Positions 28,574 to 38,063 of a DNA stretch of 64,000 nt are shown here, piece by piece. The stretch covers positions 890,116 to 954,115 of the forward strand of contig CAWHDT010000005.1 in NCBI GenBank assembly GCA_963828195.1, in the 5' to 3' direction. Numbering within the stretch: position 1 is the stretch's first letter; every line of letters begins with the position of its first letter. The stretch is from Candidatus Bathyarchaeota archaeon (lineage in GTDB: Archaea > Thermoproteota > Bathyarchaeia > Bathyarchaeales > Bathycorpusculaceae). The notes below the pieces were generated by a model. The model was not told the DNA's origin. It ran no database searches and saw only the letters and a list, made by a program, of their open reading frames with translations. A program made the translations under genes and the position numbers.

Positions 28574-28683
28574 ATGGTCTTTTACATTGCGCTGAAAGAA
28601 GGATATCAAGCTGCACCTAAGCCCTGAAAAAGAATGTTTTTATTACAAATACGGTAATAGCTACACTTTAAGGTGTAAAGCAA

Positions 28684-29625
28684 ATGGGTAAAGGGTCAGG
28701 CTACGGAAAAGTAATTTTGTTTGGCGAACACTTCGTCGTTCACGGCGTCCCCGGCGTTGTTTCTGCAATTGACTCCACAACTGACGCCGAAGTAAAGAAG
28801 GCGGCAAAAGGAATCAACGTTAAAGACGAGCGGAAAACCGCTAAGGGTTACAGCGAAGAAAAACGGCTCCAGCAAATCGAATCAATCGAGCGAATGCTAA
28901 AAGCCATGGGCATCGACCCGAAAACTGGGCTCGACATTTGGATTGGCGGAACTCTCCCGGGTTTCAGCGGGTTGGGCGCTTCTGCAGCAAGCAGCGTTGC
29001 CATCGCAAGAGCCGTAGCCCAAGAGCTAGGCATGCAAATTTCCGATGAAAAAATTAATCAAATCGCTTATGAGGCGGAGAAAGCCTACGCTGGCAACCCC
29101 TCAGGCATCGACAACACTGCCGCAACTTACGGCGGGTTAATGTGGTTTAAAAAAGACACGGCTGGTGGAGGAGACAAGATTGAAAAGCTGCACGTGCGCA
29201 GGCCAATCGAAATTGTCATCGGCAGCACGGGCAAAGTCGCAAACACCAAAGCCATGGTGGAAGGCGTCGCCGAACGCAAAAAAAAGAACCCGACAAAATA
29301 TGACCCGATTTTTACGCAAGCTGAGAACGTGGCGTTTGCAGGGCGGAAAGCCTTGGAAAATTACGACCTTAAAAAAGTGGGGGAACTTATGAATGAGAAC
29401 CATCGGCTGCTCCAAGAAATCGGGGTATCCAGCAAAGAACTCGACATGCTGGTTGATTTAGCTCGAAAGCAAGGCGCCTTCGGCGCGAAACTCACAGGGG
29501 GAGGCGGGGGCGGCTGCATGGTGGCGTTGACGCCGGGAAAGGAGCTGCAGGGAAAAGTTTTAAGCGCCATAAAATACTTGGGCTTTGAAGTGCTGAGCAC
29601 AAAGATCGGCGTTGAAAAATACTAG
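28684..29625 (+). CDS. mvk: Mevalonate kinase
   Basis: GKVILFGEHFVVHG, SGLGASAA, NPSGIDN, GAKLTGGGGGG GHMP motifs. Confidence 0.93.
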   Translation: MGKGSGYGKVILFGEHFVVHGVPGVVSAIDSTTDAEVKKAAKGINVKDERKTAKGYSEEKRLQQIESIERMLKAMGIDPKTGLDIWIGGTLPGFSGLGASAASSVAIARAVAQELGMQISDEKINQIAYEAEKAYAGNPSGIDNTAATYGGLMWFKKDTAGGGDKIEKLHVRRPIEIVIGSTGKVANTKAMVEGVAERKKKNPTKYDPIFTQAENVAFAGRKALENYDLKKVGELMNENHRLLQEIGVSSKELDMLVDLARKQGAFGAKLTGGGGGGCMVALTPGKELQGKVLSAIKYLGFEVLSTKIGVEKY

Positions 29626-30942
29626 GTGAGCAACTTGGGCTTTAGAAACTTTATAGAAGCGCTGGACAAAAAGGGCGAATTAAAAAGAATCACAAAACCA
29701 GTTTCCACCGAGTACGAGTTGGCTGGGATAATCAGCGCTCTCGGCGAGAAGCCTGTTTATTTTGAGAAAGTGAAGGAGTCAACTTACCCCGTTGTAGCGG
29801 GACTTGTCTCCTCGAAAGAATTAATCGCAGAAGCGCTGGGGATACCCAAAGACAGGTTGCTGCCTAAACTTTCCAGCGCCATCGAGCATCCTGCTCCTCC
29901 GCAAACAGCTGAAAAAGGCAGCTGCCAAGAAACCGTGGAGCCCGACGTTGACTTAACCAAACTGCCAATAATGCGTTACACGGAGAAGGACGGGGGAAAA
30001 TACATTGCTTCAGCAGTAACCATTGTTAAAGACCCAGAGTTGGGCAGAAACATGTGTTTCCACCGTCTGATGCTTAGGGACAAAAACCACTTCGTCGCCC
30101 GCATCGTGGAAGACCGCGGCACCGACACAGCGCTCAAAAAAACAGGCGGCGAACTCGACATAGCCATCTGCATCGGCAACTCAACAGCCGTACTGCTTTC
30201 AGCCGCCACTTCTCTGCCCAAAGGCGTGGATGAACTAGGTATGGCTAATGCGCTGGAAAAAACTGAAGTGGTGAAATGTAAAACCGTCGATTTGGAGGTG
30301 CCGGCGGATTGCGAGTTTGTGCTTGAGGGGCGCATCACCAAAGAGAAGGCTTCTGAGGGTCCATTTCTTGATTTAACAGGCGTCGTTGACCGCGTACGCC
30401 AGCAGCCAATCATAGAAATCAAATGCGTTACTCATCGAAAGAACCCGATTTACCAAACCATACTTGCAGGCAAAAACGAGCACAAGTTCCTAATGGGCAT
30501 GCCAAAAGAACCCACCATCTTCAACGAAGTCAACAAGGTCTGCCAATGCAGAGACGTCTATATCACGCCTGGCGGATGCAGTTGGCTTCACGCTGTGGTG
30601 CAAATCAAAAAACAAAACGTTGACGACGGCAAAAAAGCAATTGCCGCCGCGTTTGAAGGACACAAATCACTCAAGCACTGCGTCATAGTTGATGAAGACA
30701 TTAACATTTACGACCCGCACGACGTGGAGTGGGCTATCGCAACAAGGTTCCAAGCCGACAAAAACACAGTTATTCTTTCTAATCAGCCTGGCTCATCACT
30801 TGACCCCTCAGGCGACTTAACAGAAGGCAAAAAAGCCACCACCGCCAAAGCCGGCTTAGACGTGACTGCCCCGCTTGTGACAACGGGGAAGGGTTTCAAG
30901 AAAGAAGAATACGTAAAAGTGGACTTAAACAGGTACCTGTGA
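29626..30942 (+). CDS. UbiD-family decarboxylase, likely trans-anhydromevalonate phosphate decarboxylase
   Basis: EFVLEG, EGPF, IVDEDINIYDPHDVEWAIATRFQ, SSLDPS; located between mvk and acnX genes. Confidence 0.88.
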   Translation: MSNLGFRNFIEALDKKGELKRITKPVSTEYELAGIISALGEKPVYFEKVKESTYPVVAGLVSSKELIAEALGIPKDRLLPKLSSAIEHPAPPQTAEKGSCQETVEPDVDLTKLPIMRYTEKDGGKYIASAVTIVKDPELGRNMCFHRLMLRDKNHFVARIVEDRGTDTALKKTGGELDIAICIGNSTAVLLSAATSLPKGVDELGMANALEKTEVVKCKTVDLEVPADCEFVLEGRITKEKASEGPFLDLTGVVDRVRQQPIIEIKCVTHRKNPIYQTILAGKNEHKFLMGMPKEPTIFNEVNKVCQCRDVYITPGGCSWLHAVVQIKKQNVDDGKKAIAAAFEGHKSLKHCVIVDEDINIYDPHDVEWAIATRFQADKNTVILSNQPGSSLDPSGDLTEGKKATTAKAGLDVTAPLVTTGKGFKKEEYVKVDLNRYL

Positions 30943-32147
30943 CAAACATGCAGTTAACTAAGCAAGAACAAAAGATGCTTGAAGGCGAAGAAGGCTACGC
31001 AGTTCGCAAAAGCATGGAAATCCTCACTGCACTCGGAGACATTTACGGGGCAAAAAGCCTCATCAAAGTCGGCAGCGTCCAAGTGGCAGGCGTATCCTAC
31101 AGTAACCTCGGAGATGCAGGCTTAGAATTTCTGAATGAGTTGGCAAAAGACGGCAAAGTCCGCGTTCTCACAACGCTCAACCCCGCCGGGATGGATTTGG
31201 AAAACTGGCGTAACCTCGGCATAAGCCCCGAGTTCGCTGAGAAACAAAACCTTGTCATTGACGCTTTTCAGCGCATGGGCATACTGGTCAGCTGCACCTG
31301 CACCCCCTACCTGATCGGCAACCTGCCCCTCTTCGGCGAACACGTCGCATGGTCAGAAAGCTCCGCAGTCACCTTCGCGAACTCGGTGATTGGCGCAAAA
31401 ACAAACAAGGAAGGAGGACCATCGGCGTTGGCTGCAGCATTCGTTGGGAAAACGCCCTGTTACGGGCTGCATCTGGATGAAAACAGAGTTCCCGACATCC
31501 ATGTCCAAGTAAACGCGGAGTTAACCAAGCTTTCAGATTGGGGCGCATTGGGCTATGCGATTGGCAAAAAAGCCGAAAACAAAATCCCCTACATAACAGG
31601 CATAAAAACCACCGATTTGGACGAACTCAAATCTTTCTGTGCTTCAGTCGTTACTTATGGCGCTAAACCGCTCTTCTACATCAAAGGCATAACACCTGCC
31701 GCAGAGCAGCAAACCCCGCCAAAAGAAACAGTGACGATCGACAACGCCGACATTAAAAACGCTTACGACAACATCAACGACCAAGTAAACGACATAGAAC
31801 TGGTTTGCGTCGGATGCCCGCACTGTTCAATTAACGAAATCGCCAAAGTCGCTGAGCTGATTGCGGGTAAAAAGGTGGCTGGCGGCACGGAGTTTTGGGT
31901 TGCAACCTCTCGAACGGCTAAGCAGTTGGCGGATAAGCGTGGCTACACGCAAGTTATCGAGGCAGCTGGAGCCAAATTTGCCTGCGACACATGCATGGCT
32001 GTTGCGCCGCTGAAGGGCAGGTTCAAGTCTTTGGCGACGACGTCTGCGAAAGGCTGCTTCTATTCGAGGCAGAACTTGATGAAAACGAAAATGGGCAGCA
32101 TCGAAGAATGCGTAGATGCGGCGGTGACTGGAAAATGGAGCAGCTGA
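30939..32147 (+). CDS. Aconitase X large subunit (phosphomevalonate dehydratase large subunit)
   Basis: GVSY, TTLNPAG, CTCTPY, WSESSA, VGCPHCS, DTCM, TTSAK. Confidence 0.9.
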   Translation: MTNMQLTKQEQKMLEGEEGYAVRKSMEILTALGDIYGAKSLIKVGSVQVAGVSYSNLGDAGLEFLNELAKDGKVRVLTTLNPAGMDLENWRNLGISPEFAEKQNLVIDAFQRMGILVSCTCTPYLIGNLPLFGEHVAWSESSAVTFANSVIGAKTNKEGGPSALAAAFVGKTPCYGLHLDENRVPDIHVQVNAELTKLSDWGALGYAIGKKAENKIPYITGIKTTDLDELKSFCASVVTYGAKPLFYIKGITPAAEQQTPPKETVTIDNADIKNAYDNINDQVNDIELVCVGCPHCSINEIAKVAELIAGKKVAGGTEFWVATSRTAKQLADKRGYTQVIEAAGAKFACDTCMAVAPLKGRFKSLATTSAKGCFYSRQNLMKTKMGSIEECVDAAVTGKWSS

Positions 32148-32521
32148 AGGGCAGATTAATCTACAAAGGCACTGCAGAGGGCGAAGCACTCGTAACAACC
32201 CAGCCTATATCCTTCTACGGGGGCGTAGACCCGAACACGGGCATCGTGCTGGAAAAGGGGCATGAACTGCAGGGACAAAGTGTGAAAGGCAAAATCTTGG
32301 TGTTCCCAACTGGCAAAGGCTCAACCGTCGGCTCTTACACGCTGTACCGCATGAAGAAAAACGGCGCCGCACCCGCTGGCATGATTAACAGGGAATGCGA
32401 AACCGTTGTCGCTGTGGGCGCCATAATCAGCGAGATCCCGTGCGTTGACAAAATTGACATCTCAAAAATCAAAACAGGTGACAAAGTCCAATTAGAAAAT
32501 GGTACTGTTCGGGTGTTATAG
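32135..32521 (+). CDS. Aconitase X swivel subunit (phosphomevalonate dehydratase small subunit)
   Basis: GEALVT..ISFYGGVDP.TG, GKGSTVGSY. Confidence 0.9.
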   Translation: MEQLKGRLIYKGTAEGEALVTTQPISFYGGVDPNTGIVLEKGHELQGQSVKGKILVFPTGKGSTVGSYTLYRMKKNGAAPAGMINRECETVVAVGAIISEIPCVDKIDISKIKTGDKVQLENGTVRVL

Positions 32522-32574
32522 ATTCTTGGTCGCTTAATTGTTATATTAAGCTTTTAAATAGAAATAGGATATAG

Positions 32575-32880
32575 TTGAAATCAATGAAAACGCTTGACGA
32601 AATAAAAGCCGAGATAGAAACTTTGAAGCCGACACTGAAGAAGCGCTTTAAAGTGGAAACCATAGATATTTTTGGTTCATACGCTAGAAAACAAGCCGAC
32701 GAAAAAAGTGACATTGACCTATTAATAACATATTCAACTATTGATTATGATTACTTTACAATTCTGGGGTTAAGAAATTATTTAAGACGAAAACTGCACA
32801 TGAAAGTTGATGTTGTTTCCAAAGAATTCCTAAACAAGCACATAAGGGACGAGGTACTCAAGGAAGCCATTCCAGTATGA
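32575..32880 (+). CDS. Minimal nucleotidyltransferase (MNT) antitoxin
   Basis: IFGSYAR....SDIDL (GSX10DXD). Confidence 0.88.
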   Translation: MKSMKTLDEIKAEIETLKPTLKKRFKVETIDIFGSYARKQADEKSDIDLLITYSTIDYDYFTILGLRNYLRRKLHMKVDVVSKEFLNKHIRDEVLKEAIPV

Positions 32881-33242
32881 AAAGAGACCACACAGAAAGA
32901 AGCCCTCGCCTTTACTTGACTGAAATTGTCAACGGCATCGAAAAAATAGAAACGTATACTAAAGGTTTGACCCGTGAAGCATTTCTGAAAGACCGACTGA
33001 GAATAGATGCAGTGGATGCAAACATTCGAAACATCGGGGAAGCCACCAGAGTTTTGGCGAAGCACCCCGCCATCAAATCAAAATTCTACTATTATCGCAT
33101 ACCTTACAAAATGTTAAGTGAATTAAGAACAGAGCTTGGACACGAATACTTCAGTTCAGACCCCAACGCCATGTGGAATATGGCAACGAATATCTCGCCT
33201 AACCTGAAACCTCAATTTAAAAAAATCTTAGAAGAAATATAA
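32877..33242 (+). CDS. HEPN (DUF86) RNase toxin
   Basis: IGEA, RTELGHEY (RX4HXY); overlaps MNT stop. Confidence 0.85.
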   Translation: MKRDHTERSPRLYLTEIVNGIEKIETYTKGLTREAFLKDRLRIDAVDANIRNIGEATRVLAKHPAIKSKFYYYRIPYKMLSELRTELGHEYFSSDPNAMWNMATNISPNLKPQFKKILEEI

Positions 33243-33399
33243 TTCAATAATACCGACAAATCACGAAATAATTAAGCACTATAAACAAGCGTAAAGGTTA
33301 CTGTAGAAAAAGGGTAAAATTTATTTGAGTAAGGCTAAAAAAAAGTTGGATAATGAATTACCAACTAAAGTGTGAAAACACTTTTTGTTGATTAAATGG

Positions 33400-34092
33400 C
33401 TATGCTTTTGTCTGGTTAGATGCATCTGCGACACGCGTATGTGTAGCAAGATAGGCGGAAACGATGCCTATCCAGAGAAGGACGGAGACGAGAAACAACC
33501 GTTCAGTTAGCCCGCCTATACGAGCATTCAGGTGTGGGAAAACGAAAGGCAATCCGAATTCAATTACCCAGAAAATTATGACGATTACCGATAGTAGGAG
33601 GGCGATGCGCTTTAAACCCTCAAGCCCTCGACTTTGCTTCATTTTCAGCGAGATTGCCCATGTTCCAAAGGCTCCACCGATGAAAGCTATGATGGCAACG
33701 ACAAGGTGGATTGCTCCATGCCACGATACAAGGGTAGCGGGCACGTCAGTTGGGAACACGGCAAGGAGTAATGCTCCAACCGCCCATACACCCAGCAAAG
33801 ACAAGCCCGTCCGAAAAGGCGATTTTGCGATTCCCTTTACCGCTAAGGCTTGAAGGAAACCAAAAATAAACAAAAGCGAAAGGACTCCTCGATTGAGGAA
33901 GTTTACTGTCATGATAAGCCCGAACTTGCCTACAGCGAGGTCGCTTTCCGCTTGGCTTATTGGGTTATAATGTGGCGGCAGAATCTGAGCGATTATGTCG
34001 AGCACCACGTAGAGAATGATGCCTAAAATGACGCCCCAAAAAAGCTTAGAAGGATCTGTTTTCTTGAATTTATCCAATGCTGGAACCATCAA
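33400..34092 (-). CDS. DUF998 family membrane protein
   Basis: YNPISQAESDL, FPTD, HGAIH, GLTERL motifs; multiple TMs. Confidence 0.8.
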   Translation of the reverse strand: MMVPALDKFKKTDPSKLFWGVILGIILYVVLDIIAQILPPHYNPISQAESDLAVGKFGLIMTVNFLNRGVLSLLFIFGFLQALAVKGIAKSPFRTGLSLLGVWAVGALLLAVFPTDVPATLVSWHGAIHLVVAIIAFIGGAFGTWAISLKMKQSRGLEGLKRIALLLSVIVIIFWVIEFGLPFVFPHLNARIGGLTERLFLVSVLLWIGIVSAYLATHTRVADASNQTKA

Positions 34093-34278
34093 CCAGTAAC
34101 GTGCTCATGTTTATTGCTTTTTTGGAACTCTTTGACGTCTGGCTTATAAGGGAATTAAATTTTCAAAAACATTTACCCCGAACTGGCATGACGGCGGCAT
34201 AACTCAATCTGTGTTGAAGCCATAACCTGCAAGTGCGGCGGCTAGACAAAGTGGCTGTCCTTTATGCCGCAAAAATAA

Positions 34279-34301
34279 TAAAGATTAAGGCTTAATCTTT
34301 A
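34279..34301. promoter_or_regulatory. Perfect 11-bp inverted repeat in a divergent promoter region
   Basis: TAAAGATTAAG-G-CTTAATCTTTA. Confidence 0.55.
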
Positions 34302-34346
34302 ATTGAAATAAACAAATTCTAAATACTTTTGTTACACTTAGAAACC

Positions 34347-34910
34347 ATGGCAGCCAGAGTTATGCAACCACAAGAAAAACCAACAGGCAAAAGCAAAAAC
34401 AGTGAACATAATAGATATTGCTGTTCCAATCCTAATTGTAAGAAAGTCTTCTCAAAGCCTAAAATAATCAAGTATTACGTGTGCCCCTCTTGTCAAACAG
34501 TAATCGACATGCCTTTCGAGGATTCTCCGTTAATTGCCCGAGAAAAACCTGTTCTCGAAAAAAAAATTGTAGCGCCTGAAAACCAAAAAGAAAGCAATCA
34601 AGACGAAAAACTACAATTGATGAAATCCTTAAGGATGCAAGTTTCAGAATTGATCCTTGAGCTGGAAGCAATAATGGACCAACCGTCAACGGGCCAACTG
34701 ACAACAGACCAACAGTCAACAACTGATAATGAATTGGCATTGATGGAAAAACCTGAAGAAAAAGAGATTGTGGAAGAAGAGGAACAGTTAACAAGCCAAC
34801 AGGCAACGGCTGATGATGAATTGACATTGCGGAAAAATCCTGAAGCTTGGATTAGAATAGTGGAAGATTTAGCCAAAAAGAAGGTTGCAGTAGTCTTGAG
34901 ATTCGAATAG
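34347..34910 (+). CDS. Hypothetical protein with N-terminal Zn-ribbon and acidic internal repeat
   Basis: CSNPNC...CPSC; QLTTDQQSTTDNELAL / QLTSQQATADDELTL duplication. Confidence 0.65.
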   Translation: MAARVMQPQEKPTGKSKNSEHNRYCCSNPNCKKVFSKPKIIKYYVCPSCQTVIDMPFEDSPLIAREKPVLEKKIVAPENQKESNQDEKLQLMKSLRMQVSELILELEAIMDQPSTGQLTTDQQSTTDNELALMEKPEEKEIVEEEEQLTSQQATADDELTLRKNPEAWIRIVEDLAKKKVAVVLRFE

Positions 34911-35077
34911 CTCGGAAGATGGATGCGGCTTACAAGTTTTTGAGTTCTCTGCTGCAAAACTTTCCAGGTTTTTTGAAGCCAATAGATTCTTTTGTCTTCT
35001 AAGACACAGCTTTTGTGTTGTTCTCGGTAATGCTTTTCAAGGAGAGCCAAAATATCATATGTAAAGGTGCAAAGAAA

Positions 35078-35881
35078 TTGAACGAGGCGAAACCAGTAAT
35101 TCTAAAAATCGGCGGCTCAGCCATCACCGATAAAACAGGGGAATTAGCCGCGAAAACAGAGATCATAAACCGTTTAGCGGAGGAAATCAAGCGAGCTGAT
35201 CTTGACAACTTGATTATTGTGCACGGCGGCGGAAGCTTTGGTCACCCGACTGCGGCGAAGTACGGCATAAAAGACGGGTACAAGGAAGACCCAACGCAAA
35301 AACTCGGTTTCGCCGAAACCCATCACGTCATGACCGTGCTCAACGGGTTAGTTATGGATGCGCTTATTTGGCATGAAATTCCAGCCATAAGCATCGCGCC
35401 CTCGTCTTGCATGATAACAGAGAATGGCAAGATTAAATTTTTTGACGAAACCGTACTTAAATCAATGGAAAAAATGTTGTTTAAGCCTGTTCTTTACGGC
35501 GACGCTGTTTTAGACGATAAACTGGGCTTCACCATTCTCTCAGGCGACCAGCTGGTTGCTTACTTAGCCATCAAGTATAAAGCTTCAAAAATCGTGGTCG
35601 GCGTCGATACAGACGGCTTGTTTGACTGCGACCCGAAAACTAACCCCAACGCTAAACCATACAAACACTTAACGTTGGCGGAACTTAAGCAGATTCAGCC
35701 AAAGCTTGGGAAAGCCCAGGGCACAGATGTCACAGGCGGCATGGCGGGCAAAATAGCTGAACTTATCCCAGCCATCGAGCAAGGAGTCCGCGTTACCATT
35801 ACAGGCGCTACAAAAGGCTTATCCATTTACCGCGCATTAACGGACCAAAGCGTTATGGGCACCGAAATCGAGAAGGCGTAA
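35078..35881 (+). CDS. ipk: Isopentenyl phosphate kinase
   Basis: ILKIGGSAITDK, VHGGGSFGH, SGD, DVTGGMAGK; adjacent to fni. Confidence 0.93.
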   Translation: MNEAKPVILKIGGSAITDKTGELAAKTEIINRLAEEIKRADLDNLIIVHGGGSFGHPTAAKYGIKDGYKEDPTQKLGFAETHHVMTVLNGLVMDALIWHEIPAISIAPSSCMITENGKIKFFDETVLKSMEKMLFKPVLYGDAVLDDKLGFTILSGDQLVAYLAIKYKASKIVVGVDTDGLFDCDPKTNPNAKPYKHLTLAELKQIQPKLGKAQGTDVTGGMAGKIAELIPAIEQGVRVTITGATKGLSIYRALTDQSVMGTEIEKA

Positions 35882-35882
35882 C

Positions 35883-36983
35883 ATGGCTCAAGAAACAGGT
35901 AAACGCAAAGCCGACCACATAAAAATCTGCTTAGAAAAAAAGTCACAATCAAAAAACGGCTCCTCAGGCTTAGGAGACATCCAGCTGGTTCACCGCGCCC
36001 TACCTGAAGTAGATAGACAAAAAATCGGCTTATCCACATCTTTCTTTGGCAAAAAATTTTCAGCCCCGCTGATTGTTGGCGCAATGACGGGCGGAACAGA
36101 AGAAGCAACAAAAATTAATGCTTCAATCGCCGAAGCCGTTGAAAAGCTTGGGTTAGGCATGGGTGTGGGAAGCCAAAGAGCAGCCATCGAAAACGCAAAA
36201 CTTGAAAAAACCTATTCAGTTGTGCGTAAAAAAGCGCCAAATGCCTTTTTAATCGCAAACATTGGTGCAGTGCAGCTTGTATATGGATATGGCTTAAAAG
36301 AAGTCAAAGCAGCCGTGGAAATGATAGATGCTGACGCGTTGGCTATTCATTTAAATCCGGTGCAGGAAGCGCTTCAGCCTGAAGGACAAACCAATTTCAA
36401 AGGTGTTTTAGCGCGAATCGGTGAAATCGCAGGTGAACTTGACAAACCCGTTATTGTTAAAGAGACGGGCTGCGGTTTTTCAGCGGAGGATGCGAAAGCT
36501 CTTGAGGCGGCTGGCGTGAAAGCCCTCGATGTTGGCGGTTTCGGGGGAACAAGTTTTGCAGCTGTTGAATATTCCCGTTCAGTGAGCCCGAGTAATGCAG
36601 GGGAAGTTTTCTGCGATTGGGGCATACCTACAGCCGTAAGCCTTATTGAAGCAACCCAGAGTGTGAAGATTCCCGTTGTTGCTTCAGGCGGGGTTAGAAG
36701 CGGCTTAGACATTGCTAAGTCTTTAGCTTTGAATGCAAGTTTAGCCAGTGTTTCTCAGCCGGTGCTTGAAGCCGCTGTCAAAGGGGCAAAGGAGACTCAG
36801 CAGTTGCTTTCAGGTTTCATTGACCAATTGCGCACTACAATGTTTCTTGTGGGCGCTGAGAACCTTGAATCCCTAGCGAAGGCGCCTTTGGTGATTGCTG
36901 GCAAAACTGCAGAATGGCTCAACATCCGAGGCTTTGACACTGTGAACTATTCGCAGAGGAGCAAGGTAACAGTTGAATATTGA
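35883..36983 (+). CDS. fni: Type 2 isopentenyl-diphosphate delta-isomerase
   Basis: RKADHI, MTGG, GVGSQR, HLNPVQE..QPEG, VKETGCG, GGTSF, ASGGVRSGLD. Confidence 0.96.
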   Translation: MAQETGKRKADHIKICLEKKSQSKNGSSGLGDIQLVHRALPEVDRQKIGLSTSFFGKKFSAPLIVGAMTGGTEEATKINASIAEAVEKLGLGMGVGSQRAAIENAKLEKTYSVVRKKAPNAFLIANIGAVQLVYGYGLKEVKAAVEMIDADALAIHLNPVQEALQPEGQTNFKGVLARIGEIAGELDKPVIVKETGCGFSAEDAKALEAAGVKALDVGGFGGTSFAAVEYSRSVSPSNAGEVFCDWGIPTAVSLIEATQSVKIPVVASGGVRSGLDIAKSLALNASLASVSQPVLEAAVKGAKETQQLLSGFIDQLRTTMFLVGAENLESLAKAPLVIAGKTAEWLNIRGFDTVNYSQRSKVTVEY

Positions 36984-38043
36984 AAAGTTTCTTGAAGAAA
37001 AAGCCCCATTGATCGACAAAACAATAGAAAAATACATTCCAAGATGCTTCACCAAAGACGCCGTGCTCTTCAAAGTTAACCCGCCCATGTACAGCTACAA
37101 TTTAGAGCCATTAAACAGGGCAATTGCTGAACCCATCTGGGACATGCTTGACCGAGGCGGAAAAAGGTGGCGCCCAGCGCTTTTCCTGCTCATATGCGAT
37201 GCATTGGGCAAAAAACCGGATTGCTGCTTGGACTTCTCAATTATACCCGAAGTCATACACAACGGAACACTAGTTATCGACGACATTGAAGACTCCTCGG
37301 AAATGCGACGGGGCAAACCGTGCACACACAAAATCTTCCAAATGGACATCGCCGTCAACGCTGGAAACGCCATGTATTATCTGCCTCTTCTCCCGTTAAT
37401 GGCGCAAAAAACACAGCTTACCGCCGAAATTGAACGTGACGTTTACGAAGTTTACGTGCAGGAGATGATTAACCTCAGCATGGGGCAAGCCATGGATATT
37501 GCATGGCACAAGGGCATCGCAAACGCCGACAAGCTAGGCGAAGAAGATTACTTGCAGATGTGCGCTTACAAAACAGGCACTCTTGCCCGTATGTCAGCGA
37601 AAATAGCGGCTGTAATAGCAGGCGCCGACAAGCCGCTGGTGGAAAAACTCGGGCGTTTCGCTGAAAGCATAGGCGTTGCCTTCCAAATGCAGGATGACAT
37701 TTTGGATGTAACAGGCGTTGAATTCGCCAAGAAGAAAGGCGGCGTCGGGCAGGACATTACTGAGGGAAAAAGAAGTTTACTGGTTATTTATACGCTAAAA
37801 AAAGCCGATGGCGCTGACAGAGGACGGCTTCTTGAAATTCTTAATATGCATACTTCCGACCAAGCTCTACGTGACGAGGCAATCGCTTTGATGCAGAAAT
37901 ACCAAGCAGTAGAATACGTTAGGAGTGAAGCGGAGAGGATCGTGGATGAAAGCTGGATTGAAGCGGAAAAGCTTTTGCCGACGCCGCAGGCTAAGGAAAA
38001 ATTAAAACAGTTCGCCGAATTCTTGATTAAAAGAAACAAGTAA
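36973..38043 (+). CDS. Geranylgeranyl diphosphate synthase
   Basis: GGKRWRP, LVIDDIEDSSEMRRG, GQAMD, KTG, FQMQDDILD. Confidence 0.93.
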   Translation: MNIEKFLEEKAPLIDKTIEKYIPRCFTKDAVLFKVNPPMYSYNLEPLNRAIAEPIWDMLDRGGKRWRPALFLLICDALGKKPDCCLDFSIIPEVIHNGTLVIDDIEDSSEMRRGKPCTHKIFQMDIAVNAGNAMYYLPLLPLMAQKTQLTAEIERDVYEVYVQEMINLSMGQAMDIAWHKGIANADKLGEEDYLQMCAYKTGTLARMSAKIAAVIAGADKPLVEKLGRFAESIGVAFQMQDDILDVTGVEFAKKKGGVGQDITEGKRSLLVIYTLKKADGADRGRLLEILNMHTSDQALRDEAIALMQKYQAVEYVRSEAERIVDESWIEAEKLLPTPQAKEKLKQFAEFLIKRNK

Positions 38044-38063
38044 CTTATGCGAGCGTAAAAAAT

